A stretch of 64,000 nt of DNA. Source: the human T2T-CHM13v2.0 reference genome, Homo sapiens. Position numbers and translations under genes: made by a program. Location: NCBI RefSeq assembly GCF_009914755.1, contig NC_060940.1. One strand, 5' to 3'. The notes below the pieces were generated by a model. It made no database searches. It saw only the letters and a program-made list of their open reading frames with translations, and was not told the origin of the DNA. Shown one piece after another: positions 29,816-44,655 of this stretch (its first letter is position 1; each line of letters starts with the position of its first letter).

Positions 29816-32800
29816 GATGATTCCACTCGATTCCATTTGATGATTATTCCATTGGAGTCCACTTAGTGAATCCTTTAGATTCTACTGGAAGATGATTCCA
29901 TTCGAGTCCATTCGATGATACCATTCAATTCCATTCGTTGATGCTTCCATTCAAGTGCATTCGATGATATCATTCGATTCCATTTGATGATAATTCCATT
30001 TGATTCCATGCGATGATTCTATTCGATTCCATTCAATAATAATTCCATTCAATTCAGTGATTCCTCTGGACTCCATTTGATGATGATTCCATTCAATGAT
30101 TCCATTCGATTCTATTCGAAAATGATTCCATTTGAATCCATTTGATGATGATTCCATTGGATTCCATTTGATGATTCCATTCGATTCCATTCGATGATGA
30201 TTCCATTCGATTCCTTTTGATGATTCCATTCTATTGTATTCGATGATGATTCCATTCGATTCCATTCGATGATGATTGGATTCGATTCCATTTGATGATT
30301 TCATTTGATTCCATTCGATAATGATTTCGATCAATTCCATTCGATGATTCCATTCGATTCCATTCGATAATGATTACATCCGAGTCCATTCGATGATTCC
30401 ATTTGAGCCCGTTCGATAATTCCATTTGAGTCCAATCAATGATTCCATTCATTTCCATTCAATGATTCCATTCGAGTCCATTTGATCATTCCGGTAGGGT
30501 CCGTTCGATATTGATTCCATTGGAGTGCATTCGATGATTCCATTCGAGTCCATTTTAGGATTTGATTCGAGTCCTTTCGATGATTCCATTCGATTCCACT
30601 CGATGATTTCATTCGAGTCCATTCGACACTTCCAATCGATTCCATTTGATGATTCCATTCGAGTCCAATTGATGATTCCATTCAATTCCATTCGATGATG
30701 ATTCCGTACGATTCCATTCTGTGATGATTCCATGTGATTGCATTCAATGATGATTCCTTTCGATTGCATTCGATTATGATTCATTTCGTGTTCATTCTAT
30801 GGTTCCACAGGTTTCCATTCGATGATGTTTCCATTCGTGTCCATTCCATTATTCCATTCTATTCCATTTGAAGATGATTCCATTCGATTCCATTCATTGG
30901 TGATTCCACTCAATTCCATTCAATGATTCCATTCCATTTCTTTCAACAATGATTCCATTAGTTTCTATTCGATGATCCACTTGATTCCATTTGACGATGA
31001 TTCCATTCGTGTCCATTCGATGATTCCATTTGATTCCATATGATGATGATTCCATTCGATTCCATACGATGATGATTCCATTCGAGTCCATTCAATGGTG
31101 ATTCCATTCAATTCCATTCGATGATTCCTTTCGATTCCATTCAATGATGATGGCATTCGATTCCTTTCGATCATTCCCTTTGATTCCATTCAAAGGTGAT
31201 TTCATTCAAGTCCATTCGATAATTGCATTCGATTCCATTCTATGATGATTCCATTCGAGTCCATTTGATGATTCCATTCAATTCAAGTCAATGATGATTC
31301 CATTCGATTCCACTCGATGATTCCATTGGATTCCATTCGATGATGATTCCATTCAAATCCATTCGATAATTCAATTCAAGTCCATTCGATGATGATTCCA
31401 ATCGAATCCATTCAAAGATTCCACTCAATTCCATTCGATGATGATTCCCTTAGATTCCATTCGATGATTCCACTTGATTCCATTTACGATGATTCCATTC
31501 GATTCCATGTGATGATTCCATTCAATTCTATTCAATGATGTTTCCACTTGATTCCATTCGAACATGATTGCCTTTGATTCCATTCAATGATTCCATACGG
31601 TTCCATTTGATGATGATTCCATTGGAGTGCATTAGATGATTCCATCCGAGTCCATTTGATGATTCCATTCGATTCCATTCGATGTTGATTCTGTTCAAAT
31701 ACATTCGATGATTCCACTCGATTCCATTCGATGACTCCATTTGATCCCATTCGATGATTTCCTTTGATTCCCTTTGATGATCATTCCATTTGATTCAATT
31801 CGGTGATTTCATTTGATTCCATTCAGTGATGTTTCCATTCAACTCCTTTCGATGATGATTCCATTCGACTCCATTCGATTATGATTTCATTCAATTCCAT
31901 TCGATAATGATTCCCTTCAAGTCCATTCGATGATTCCATTCGATTCCATTCAACGATGATTTGATTCGTGTCCATTCGATGATTCCATTTGATTCCATTT
32001 GATGATGATTCCATTCGAGTCCCTTTGATGATTCCATTCAATTCCATTCTCCGATGATTTCTTTTGAGCCCATTCAATGCTTCCACTCGATTCCATATGA
32101 TGATGACTCCATTTGATGAAATTCCATGATGATTCCATTCGCTTGCATTCGATGATGATTCCACTTGAGTCCGTTAGAAGATTCTATTCAATTACATTCC
32201 ATGACGATTCTGTTCGAGTCCATTTGATGATTCCATTAGACTCCATTCGACGATGATTCCATTCGATGTTATTCGATGATGATTCCATTCAACTCCATTC
32301 GATGTTTCCATTCGAGGTCATTCTATTATTCCATTAGATTCCATTCGATGATGATTCCATTCGATTCCATTTGATGATTGCATTCTATTTCATTTGATGA
32401 TGATTCCATTCGAGTCCATTCGATGATTCCATTCGAGTCCATTTAATGAATCCATTGGTTTCAATTCTATGATGATTACATTGGATTCCATTCGTTGATG
32501 ATTTCATTCGATTCCATTCAATGATGATTCCATTCAATTCCATTCAATGATTCCATTCAATTCCATACGATGATGATTCCATTTGATTTGATTCGACAGT
32601 GAGCCATTCGATTCAATTCCATGATGATTCTATTTTATTCAATTGGTTGACATTTCCATTCGATTCCATTCGATGATGATTCCCCTTGATTCCATTCAAA
32701 GCTGATTCCATTCTAGCCCATTCAATCATTCCATTCGATTCTATTCAATGATGATTCCATTCATGTCGATTTGGTGATTCCATTTGACCTCATTTGATGA

Positions 32801-35800
32801 TGATTCTTTTCAAGTTCATTAGATGATTCCATTCGATTCCATTTGATGATGATCCCATTCGAGTCCATTTGATGATTCCACTCGTTTCCATTCCATGATG
32901 ATTCCATTCCATTCCATTCAATGATTCCATTCGATTCCGTTTGATGATGATTTCATTCGAGTCCATTTGATGATTCCATTTGATTCCATTCGATGATGAT
33001 TACATTCGACTCCATACGATGATTCCACTCAATTCCATATGATGATGATTCCATTCGATTCCATTCGATGATTCCACTTGATTCCATTTACGATGATTCC
33101 ATTTTATTCCATGTGATGATTCCATTCAGTTCTATTCAATGCTGTTTCCATTTGATTCCATTCGACCATGATTGCCTTTGATTCCATTCAATGACTCCAT
33201 TCGGTTCCTTTTGATGATGATTCCGTTCGATTCCATTTCATTATTCCATTTGATTCCATTGGATGAGTCCATTCGATTACATTCGATGATTATTCCATTC
33301 GAGTGCATTAGATGATTCCATTCGAGTCCATTCGATGATTCCATTCGATTCCATTCGATGTTGATTCTGTTCAAATACATTCGATGATTCCACTCGATTC
33401 CATTCGATGACTCCAGTTGATCCCATTCGATGATTTCCTTTGATTCCCTTTGATGATCATTCCATTTGATTCAATTCGGTGATTTCATTTGATTCCATTC
33501 AGTGATGTTTCCATTCGACTCCATTCGATGATGATTCCATTCGACTCCATTCGATTATGATTTCATTCAATTCCATTCGATAATGATTCCCTTCGAGTCC
33601 ATTCGATGATTCCATTCGATTCCATTCAACGATGATTTGATTCGTGTCCATTCGATGATTCCATTTGATTCCACTTGATGATGATTCCATTCGAGTCCAT
33701 TTGATGATTCCATTCAATTCCATTCTCCGATGATTTCTTTTGAGCCCATTCAATGCTTCCACTCGATTCCATATGATGATGACTCCATTCGATGAAATTC
33801 GATGATGATTCCCTTTGATTCCATTCAAAGATGATTCCATTCTAGCCCATTCAATCATTCCATTCGATTCTATTCAATGATGATTCCATTCATGTCGATT
33901 TGGTGAATCCATTTGACTTCATTTGATGATGATTCCTTTCAAGTTCATTAGATGATTCCATTCGATTCCATTTGATGATGATCCCATTGGAGTCCATTCA
34001 GTGATTCCATTCGTTTCCATTCCATGATGATTCCATTCCATTCCATTCAATGATTCCATTCGATTCCGTTTGATGATGATTTCATTCGAGTCCATTTGAT
34101 GATTCCATTGGATTCCATTCGATGATGATTCCATTCGAGTCCATTCGATGATTCTATTCGAATCCATTTGATGATTTCTTTTGATTATAGTTGGTGATGA
34201 TTCCATTGGAGTCCATTCAATGATTCCATTCGATTCCAATCGATGGTGATTCCATTAGAGTCCATTTAACGATTCCATTTGATTCCAGTCTCTGATGATT
34301 ACATTCGAGTCCATACGATGATTCCACTCAATTCCATATGATGATGATTCCATTCTATTCCATTCGATGATTCCATTCTATTCTATTCAATGGTGATTCC
34401 ATTCGTGTACATTAGATGATTCCATTCGATTCCATTCAATGATGATTCTATTTGTGTCCCTTAGATGGTTCCACATGATTCCATTTCATGATGATACTAT
34501 TTGAGCCCATCCAATGATTCCCTTCGATTCCATTCGATGAGGATTCCATTCGATTCAATTCATTGGTGATTCTATTCAATTCAATTCTTTGATTCCATTC
34601 CATTCCATTCGACAATGATTCCATTCGATTTCTTTCGATGATTCCACTCGATTCCACTTGACATTGATTCCATTCGATTCCATTCAATGATTCCGTTTGA
34701 TTCCAGTGGATGATGATTGCCGTCGATTCCATTCGATCACTCCATTCTATTCCATTTGATGATGATTACATTCGATTCCATTTGATGATTCCATCTGATT
34801 CTATTCGAGGATTCCATTTGATTCCATTCGATGATGATTCCATTCGAGTGCATTCGATGATTTCATTCGAGTACATCCAATGATTCCATTCGAGTCCATT
34901 TGATGATTCCATTTGATTCCATTTGATTATGATTCTACTAGAGTCCATTCAATGACTCCATTCGAATCCATTCAACAATTCCATTCGAGGCCATTCGATG
35001 ATTCCATTTCATGATTCCATTCGAGTCCATTTAATCATTACAGTCGAGTCCATTTGGTGATTCCACTGGATTTCTTTTGATAATGATACCATTCAATTAC
35101 ATTTGATGATGATCCCATTCAATTTCATTTGATGGTGATTCCATTAGAGTCCATTCGATGATTTCATTCGAGTCCCTTCATTGATTCCATCCGATTTCAT
35201 TGGATGATGACTCCATTCGAGTCCATTCGATGATTCCACTCGATTCCATTAGATGATTCCATTGGAGTCCATTTGATTGTTCCATTCGATTCCGTTCGAT
35301 TCCTTTCGAAGATTATTCCATTTGAGTCCATTCGATGATGATTCCATTCCATTCCATTCGATGATTCCGTTTGATTCCATTCGATGATTCCCTTCGATTC
35401 CATTGTTTGATGATTCCATTCCATTCCATTCAATGATTCCATTCGAATCTATTCCATGATGATTCCTTTCGATTCCATTCGCTGATGTTTCCGTTCAATT
35501 CCATTCGATGATGATTCCATTCGATTCCATTCATTGAGGATTCCATTTGATTCCATTCAATGATGATTCCATTCTATTCCATTCAATGATTGCATTCAAT
35601 TCCATTCAATGATTATCCCATTAGAGTAAACTCAACGATTCCATTCAATACCATTCGATGATGATTCCTTTTGAGTCCATTCAATGATTTCATTCAAGTC
35701 CATTTGATGATTCCTTTCAATTCCATTCTATGATGATTCCATTCGAGTCCATTCGATGATTCCATTCGATTGCATTCGATGATTCCATTATATTCCATTC

Positions 35801-36628
35801 AACGATGATTCCATTCGAGTCCATTTGATGATTCCATTAGAGTACATTTAATGATTGCTTTGTTTTCAATTCGAAGATGATTACATTCGATTCCATTCTA
35901 TGATACCATTCGATTCCATTCAATGATGATTCCTCTCAAATCCATTGGATGATTCCATTCGTGTCCATTCGGTGATTTCATTAGATTCCATTCGAGGATG
36001 ATTCCATTCGATTCCATTCGATGATTCCATTCAATTCCATTCGATGATGATTCCATTCCAGTCCATATGATCATTCCATTTGATTTCATTCGATGATGAT
36101 TCCATTCGATTCCATTCGATGATTCCATTCTATTCCATTCGATGATGATTCCATTCGAGTCCATTCGATGATTCCATTCGAGTCCATTTAATGATTCCAT
36201 TGGGTTCAATTCAATGATGATTACATTGGATTCCGTTCTATGATTCCATTCAATTCCGTTCATTGACTATTTGATTCCATTCGATGATGATTCCATTTGA
36301 GTTCATTCGATGATTCTATTCGATTCTCTTCGATGGTGATTCAATTCTATTATATTGGATGATTCCATTCGATTCCATTTGATGTTGATTCAATTCGATT
36401 CTATTCGATGATGATTCCATTGGATTTCACTTGATGATTCTATTCGATTCCATTCAATGATGATTCACTTCTCGTCCATTGGATGATTCCATTTCATTCC
36501 ATTCGATGATGATTCCATTCGATTCCATTCGATGATTCCATTTGATTCCATGCGTCGGTGAGCAATTCGATTCAATTCCATGATGATTCTATTTGATTCA
36601 ATTAGATGATGTTTCCATTCGAATCCAT
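29816..36628 (+). repeat. Rearranged unit 6 (starts near unit position 340; sister copy of unit 4)
   Basis: ORFs recur at +11160 from unit 4 (18791/29951, 20368/31528, 21972/33132, 22339/33499). Marker spacing 29951 to 37103 = 7152 = 7031+170-49. Confidence 0.9.
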
Positions 36629-39600
36629 TCCATGATTATTCCATTGGAATCCATTCGGTGATGATTCCATATGAGTCAATTCAATGATGATTCCATATGG
36701 GTCCGTTCGATGATAATTCCATTTGATTTCATTCGGTGCTTCTATTCAATTCCAGTCGATGATGATTCCGTTGGAGTCCATACGATGATTCCATTTGATT
36801 TCATTTGATGATGATTCCATTCGATGATGATTACATTGGATTCCATTCTATGATTCCATTCAATTCCATTCGTTGATGATTCGATTCCATTCAATGATGA
36901 TTCTATTTGAGTTCATTCGATGATTCTATTCGATTCCGTTCGATGGTGATTCAATTCTCTTATATTGGATGAATCCACTCGATACCATTTGATGATTATT
37001 CCATTGGAGTCCACTTAGTGAATCCTTCAGATTCTACTCGAAGATGATTCCATTCAAGTCCATTCGATGATACCATTCAATTCCATTCGTTGATGCTTCC
37101 ATTCAAGTGCATTCGATGATATCATTCGATTCCATTTGATGATAATTCCATTTGATTCCATGCGATGATTCTATTCGATTCCATTCAATGATAATTCCAT
37201 TCAGTTCAGTGATTCCTCTGGACTCCATTTGATGATGATTCCATTCAATGATTCCATTTGATTCTATTCGAAAATGATTCCATTTGAATCCATTTGATGA
37301 TGATTCCATTAGATTCCATTTGATGATTCCATTCGATTCCATGCGACGATGATTCCATTCGATTCCATTCGATGATGATTGGATTCGATTCCATTTGATG
37401 ATTTCATTTGATTCCATTCGTTAATGATTTCGATCAATTCCATTCGATGATTCCATTCGATTCCATTCGATAATGATTACATCCGTGTCCATTCAATGAT
37501 TCCATTTGAGCCTGTTCGATAATTCCATTTGTGTCCAACCAATGATTCCATTCATTTCCATTCAATGATTCCATTCGAGTCCATTTGATCATTCCGGTAG
37601 GGTCCATTCGATGTTGATTCCATTGGAGTGCATTCGATGATTCCATTCGAGTCCATTTTATGATTTGATTCGAGTCCTTTCGATGATTCCATTCGATTCC
37701 ACTCGATGATGATTTCATTCGAGTCCATTCGACACTTCCAATCGATTCCATTTGATGTTTCCATTCGAGTCCAATTGATGATTCCATTCAATTCCATTCG
37801 ATGATGATTCCGTACGATTCCATTCTGTGATGATTCCCTGTGATTCCATTCAATGATGATTCCTTTAGATTGCATTCGATTGTGATTCATTTCGTCTTCA
37901 TTCTATGGTTCCACAGGTTTCCATTCGTGTCCATTCCATTATTCCATTCTATTCCATTTGATGATGATTCCATTCGATTCCATTCATTGGTGATTCCACT
38001 CAATTCCATTCAATGATTCCATTCCATTTCTTTCAACAATGATTCCATTAGTTTCTAATCGATGATCCACTTGATTCCATTTGACGACGCTTCCATTCTT
38101 GTCCATTCGATGATTCCATTTGATTCCATATGATGATGATTCCATTCGATTCCATACCATGATGATTCCATTCGAGTCCATTCAATGGTGATTCCATTCA
38201 ATTCCATTCGATGATTCCTTTCGATTCCATTCGATGATGATGGCATTCGATTCCTTTCAATCATTCCCTTTGATTCCATTCAAAGGTGATTTCATTCAAG
38301 TCCATTCGATAATTGCATTCGATTCCATTCTATGATGATTCCATTCGAGTCCATTTGATGATTCCATTCAATTCAAGTCAATGATGATTCCATTCGATTC
38401 CATTCGATGATTCCATTGGATTCCATTCGATGATGATTCCATTCAAATCCATTCGATAATTCAATTCAAGTCCATTCGATGATGATTAAAATGGAATCCA
38501 TTCAAAGATTCCATTCAGTTCCATTCGATGATTCCCTTAGATTCCATTCGATGATTCCACTTGATTTCATTTACGATGATTCCATTCGATTCCACGTGAT
38601 GATTCCATTCAATTCTATTCAATGCTGTTTCCATTTGATTCCATTCGACCATGATTGCCTTTGATTCCATTCAATGACTCCATTCGGTTCCTTTTGATGA
38701 TGATTCCGTTCGATTCCATTTGATGATTCCATTTGATTCCATTGGATGAGTCCATTCGATTACATTCGATGATTATTCCATTCGAGTGCATTAGATGATT
38801 CCATTCGAGTCCATTCGATGATTCGATTCCATTCGATGTTGATTCTGTTCAAATCCATTCGATGATTCCACTCGATTCCATTCGATGACTCCAGTTGATC
38901 CCATTCGATGATTTCCTTTGATTCCCTTTGATGATCATTCCATTTGATTCAATTCGGTGATTTCATTTGATTCCATTCAGTGATGTTTCCATTCGACTCC
39001 ATTCGATGATGATTCCATTCGACTCCATTCGATTATGATTTCATTCAATTCCATTCGATAATGATTCCCTTCGAGTCCATTCGATGATTCCATTCGATTC
39101 CATTCAACGATGATTTGATTCGTGTCCATTCGATGATTCCATTTGATTCCACTTGATGATGATTCCATTCGAGTCCATTTGATGATTCCATTCAATTCCA
39201 TTCTCCGATGATTTCTTTTGAGCCCATTCAATGCTTCCACTCGATTCCATATGATGATGACTCCATTCGATGAAATTCGATGATGATTCCCTTTGATTCC
39301 ATTCAAAGATGATTCCATTCTAGCCCATTCAATCATTCCATTCGATTCTATTCAATGATGATTCCATTCATGTCGATTTGGTGATTCCATTTGACTTCAT
39401 TTGATGATGATTCCTTTCAAGTTCATTAGATGATTCCATTCGATTCCATTTGATGATGATCCCATTCGAGTCCATTCAGTGATTCCACTCGTTTCCATTC
39501 CATGATGATTCCATTCCATTCCATTCAATGATTCCATTCGATTCCGTTGGATGATGATTTCATTCGAGTCCATTTGATGATTCCATTTGATTCCATTCGA

Positions 39601-40354
39601 TGATGATTCCATTCGAGTCCATTCGATGATTCTATTCGAATCCATTTGATGATTTCTTTTGATTATAGTTGGTGATGATTCCATTGGAGTCCATTCAATG
39701 ATTCCATTCGATTCCAATCGATGGTGATTCCATTAGAGTCCATTTAATGATTCCATTTGATTCCAGTCTCTGATGATTACATTCGAGTCCATACGATGAT
39801 TCCACTCAATTCCATATGATGATGATTCCATTCTATTCCATTCGATGATTCCATTCTATTCTATTCGATAATGATTCCATTCGAGTCCATTCGATGATTC
39901 CATTCGAGTCCATTTAATGATTCCATTGGGTTCAATTCAATGATGATTACATTGGATTCCGTTCTATGATTCCATTCAATTCCGTTCATTGACAATTTGA
40001 TTCCATTCGATGATGATTCCATTTGAGTTCATTCGATGATTCTATTCGATTCTCTTCGATGGTGATTCAATTCTATTATATTGGATGATTCCATTCGATT
40101 CCATTTGATGTTGATTCAATTCGATTCTATTCGATGATGATTCCATTGGATTTCACTTGATGATTCTATTCGATTCCATTCAATGATGATTCACTTCTCG
40201 TCCATTGGATGATTCCATTTCATTCCATTCGATGATGATTCCATTCGATTCCTTTCGATGATTCCATTTGATTCCATGCGACGGTGAGCAATTCGATTCA
40301 ATTCCATGATGATTCTATTTGATTCAATTAGATGATGTTTCCATTCGAATCCAT
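36629..40354 (+). repeat. Deleted unit 7 (3726 bp)
   Basis: 6102 -49 (~37360) -5 (~38823) -570 (~39290) -1752 (~39866) = 3726, equal to the spacing 37103 to 40829. Confidence 0.9.
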
Positions 40355-43300
40355 TCCATGATTATTCCATTGGAATCCATTCGGCGATGATTCCATATGA
40401 GTCAATTCAATGATGATTCCATATGGGTCCGTTCGATGATAATTCCATTTGATTTCATTCGATGCTTCTATTCTATTCCAGTCGATGATGATTCCGTTGG
40501 AGTCCATACGATGATTCCATTTGATTTCATTTGATGATGATTCCATTCGATGATGATTACATTGGATTCCATTCTATGATTCCATTCAATTCCATTCGTT
40601 GATGATTCGATTCCATTCAATGATGATTCCATTTGAGTTCATTCGATGATTCTATTCGATTCCGTTCGATGGTGATTCAATTCTATTATATTGGATGATT
40701 CCACTCGATTCCATTTGATGATTATTCCATTGGAGTCCACTTAGTGAATCCTTTAGATTCTACTCGACGATGATTCCATTCGAGTCCATTCGATGATACC
40801 ATTCAATTCCATTCGTTGATGCTTCCATTCAAGTGCATTCGATGATATCATTCGATTCCATTTGATGATAATTCCATTTGATTCCATGCGATGATTCTAT
40901 TCGATTCCATTCAATGATAATTCCATTCAATTCAGTGATTCCTCTGGACTCCATTTGATGATGATTCCATTCAATGATTCCATTCGATTCTATTCGAAAA
41001 TGATTCCATTTGAATCCATTTGATGATGATTCCATTAGATTCCATTTGATGATTCCATTCGATTCCATGCGACGATGATTCCATTCGATTCCGTTTGATG
41101 ATTCCATTCTATTCTATTCGATGATGATTCCATTCGATTCCATTCGATGATGATTGGATTCGATTCCATTTGATGATTTCATTTGATTCCATTCGTTAAT
41201 GATTTCGATCAATTCCATTCGATGATTCCATTCGATTCCATTCGATAATGATTACATCCGAGTCCATTCGATGATTCCCTTTGAGCCTGTTCGATAATTC
41301 CATTTGAGTCCAACCAATGATTCCATTCATTTCCATTCAATGATTCCATTCGAGTCCATTTGATCATTCCGGTAGGGTCCATTCGATGTTGATTCCATTG
41401 GAGTGCATTCGATGATTCCATTCGAGTCCATTTTAGGATTTGATTCGAGTCCTTTCGATGATTCCATTCGATTCCACTCGATGATGATTTCATTCGAGTC
41501 CATTCGACACTTCCAATCGATTCCATTTGATGATTCCATTCGAGTCCAATTGATGATTCCATTCAATTCCATTCGAAGATGATTCCGTACGATTCCATTC
41601 TGTGATGATTCCTTGTGATTGCATTCAATGATGATTCCTTTCGATTGCATTCGATTATGATTCATTTCGTGTTCATTCTATGGTTCCACAGGTTTCCATT
41701 CGTGTCCATTCCATTATTCCATTCTATTCCATTTGATGATGATTCCATTCGATTCCATTCATTGGTGATTCCACTCAATTCCATTCAATGATTCCATTCC
41801 ATTTCTTTCAACAATGATTCCATTAGTTTCTAATCGATGATCCACTTGATTCCATTTGACGACGATTCCATTCTTGTCCATTCGATGATTCCATTTGATT
41901 CCATATGATGATGATTCCATTCGATTCCATACCATGATGATTCCATTCGAGTCCATTCAATGGTGATTCCATTCAATTCCATTCGATGATTCCTTTTGAT
42001 TCCATTCGATGATGATGGCATTCGATTCCTTTCAATCATTCCCTTTGATTCCATTCAAAGGTGATTTCATTCAAGTCCATTCGATAATTGCATTCGATTC
42101 CATTCTATGATGATTCCATTCGAGTCCATTTGATGATTCCATTCAATTCAAGTCAATGATGATTCCATTCGATTCCATTCGATGATTCCATTGGATTCCA
42201 TTCGATGATGATTCCATTCAAATCCATTCGATAATTCAATTCAAGTCCATTCGATGATGATTCCAATCGAATCCATTCAAAGATTCCATTCAGTTCCATT
42301 CGATGATTCCCTTAGATTCCATTCGATGATTCCACTTGATTGCATTTACGATGATTCCATTCGATTCCATGTGATGATTCCATTCAATTCTATTCAATGA
42401 TGTCTCCATTTGATTCCATTCGACCATGATTGCCTTTGATTCCATTCAATGATTCCATTCGGTTCCGTTTGATGATGATTCCGTTCGATTCCATTTGATG
42501 ATTCCATTGGATTCCATTGGATGAGTCCATTCGATTACATTCGATGATTATTCCATTCGAGTGCATTAGATGATTCCATTCGAGTCCATTCGATGATTCC
42601 ATTCGATTCCATTCGATGTTGATTCTGTTCAAATCCATTCGATGATTCCACTCGATTCCATTCGTTGACTCCATTTGATCCCATTCGATGATTTCCTTTG
42701 ATTCCCTTTGATGATCATTCCATTTGATTCAATTCGGTGATTTCATTTGATTCCATTCAGTGATGTTTCCATTCGACTCCATTCGATGATGATTCCATTC
42801 GACTCCATTCGATTATGATTTCATTCAATTCCATTCGATAATGATTCCCTTCGAGTCCATTCGATGATTCCATTCGATTCCATTCAACGATGATTTGATT
42901 CGTGTCCATTCGATGATTCCATTTGATTCCACTTGATGATGATTCCATTCGAGTCCATTTGATGATTCCATTCAATTCCATACTCCGATGATTTCTTTTG
43001 AGCCCACTCAATGCTTCCACTCGATTCCATATGATGATGACTCCATTCGATGAAATTCGATGATGATTCCATTCGCTTGCTTTCGATGATGATTCCACTT
43101 GAGTCCGTTAGAAGATTCTATTCAATTACATTCCATGACGATTCCGTTCGAGTCCATTTGATGATTCCATTAGACTCCATTCGACGATGATTCCATTCGA
43201 TGTTATTCGATGATTCCATTCGATCTCATTCGATGATGATTCCATTCAACTCCATTCGATGTTTCCATTCGAGTTCATTCTATTATTCCATTAGATTCAA

Positions 43301-44655
43301 TTCGATGATGATTCCATTCGATTCCATTTGATGATTGCATTCTATTTCATTTGATGATGATTCCATTCGAGTCCACTCGATGATTCCATTCGAGTCCATT
43401 TAATGAATCCATTGGTTTCAATTCTATGATGATTACATTGGATTCCATTCGTTGATGATTTCATTCGGTTCCATTCAATGATGATTCCATTCAATTCCTT
43501 TCAATGTTTCCATTCAATTCCATACGATGATGATTCCATTTGATTTGATTCAACAGTGAGCCATTCGATTCAATTCCATGATGATCCTATTTGATTCAAT
43601 TGGTGGACATTTCCATTCGATTCCATTCGATGATGATTCCCTTTGATTCCATTCAAAGATGATTCCATTCTAGCCCATTCAATCATTCCATTCGATTCTA
43701 TTCAATGATGATTCCATTCATGTCGATTTGGTGATTCCATTTGACTTCATTTGATGATGATTCCTTTCAAGTTCATTAGATGATTCCATTCGATTCCATT
43801 TGATGATGATCCCATTCGAGTCCATTCAGTGATTCCACTCGTTTCCATTCCATGATGATTCCATTCCATTCCATTCAATGATTCCATTCGATTCCGTTGG
43901 ATGATGATTCCATTCGAGTCCATTCGATGATTCTATTCGAATCCATTTGATGATTTCTTTTGATTATAGTTGGTGATGATTCCATTGGAGTCCATTCAAT
44001 GATTCCATTCGATTCCAATCGATGGTGATTCCATTAGAGTCCATTTAATGATTCCATTTGATTCCAGTCTCTGATGATTACATTCGAGTCCATACGATGA
44101 TTCCACTCAATTCCATATGATGATGATTCCATTCTATTCCATTCGATGATTCCATTCTATTCTATTCGATAATGATTCCATTCGAGTCCATTCGATGATT
44201 CCATTCGAGTCCATTTAATGATTCCATTGGGTTCAATTCAATGATGATTACATTGGATTCCGTTCTATGATTCCATTCAATTCCGTTCATTGACAATTTG
44301 ATTCCATTCGATGATGATTCCATTTGAGTTCATTCGATGATTCTATTCGATTCTCTTCGATGGTGATTCAATTCTATTATATTGGATGATTCCATTCGAT
44401 TCCATTTGATGTTGATTCAATTCGATTCTATTCGATGATGATTCCATTGGATTTCACTTGATGATTCTATTCGATTCCATTCAATGATGATTCACTTCTC
44501 GTCCATTGGATGATTCCATTTCATTCCATTCGATGATGATTCCATTCGATTCCATTCGATGATTCCATTTGATTCCATGCGACGGTGAGCAATTCGATTC
44601 AATTCCATGATGATTCTATTTGATTCAATTAGATGATGTTTCCATTCGAATCCAT
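40355..44655 (+). repeat. Deleted unit 8 (4301 bp)
   Basis: 6102 -49 (~43905) -1752 (~44167) = 4301, equal to the spacing 40829 to 45130. Confidence 0.9.

Noticed and set aside
39840-39900. 1752, ~1830 and 1869 bp event sizes as proof of a hidden ~1.8 kb period
   Set aside because: The sizes differ by more than 100 bp and I could not see extended rare-word homology at that offset; it needs an autocorrelation test.
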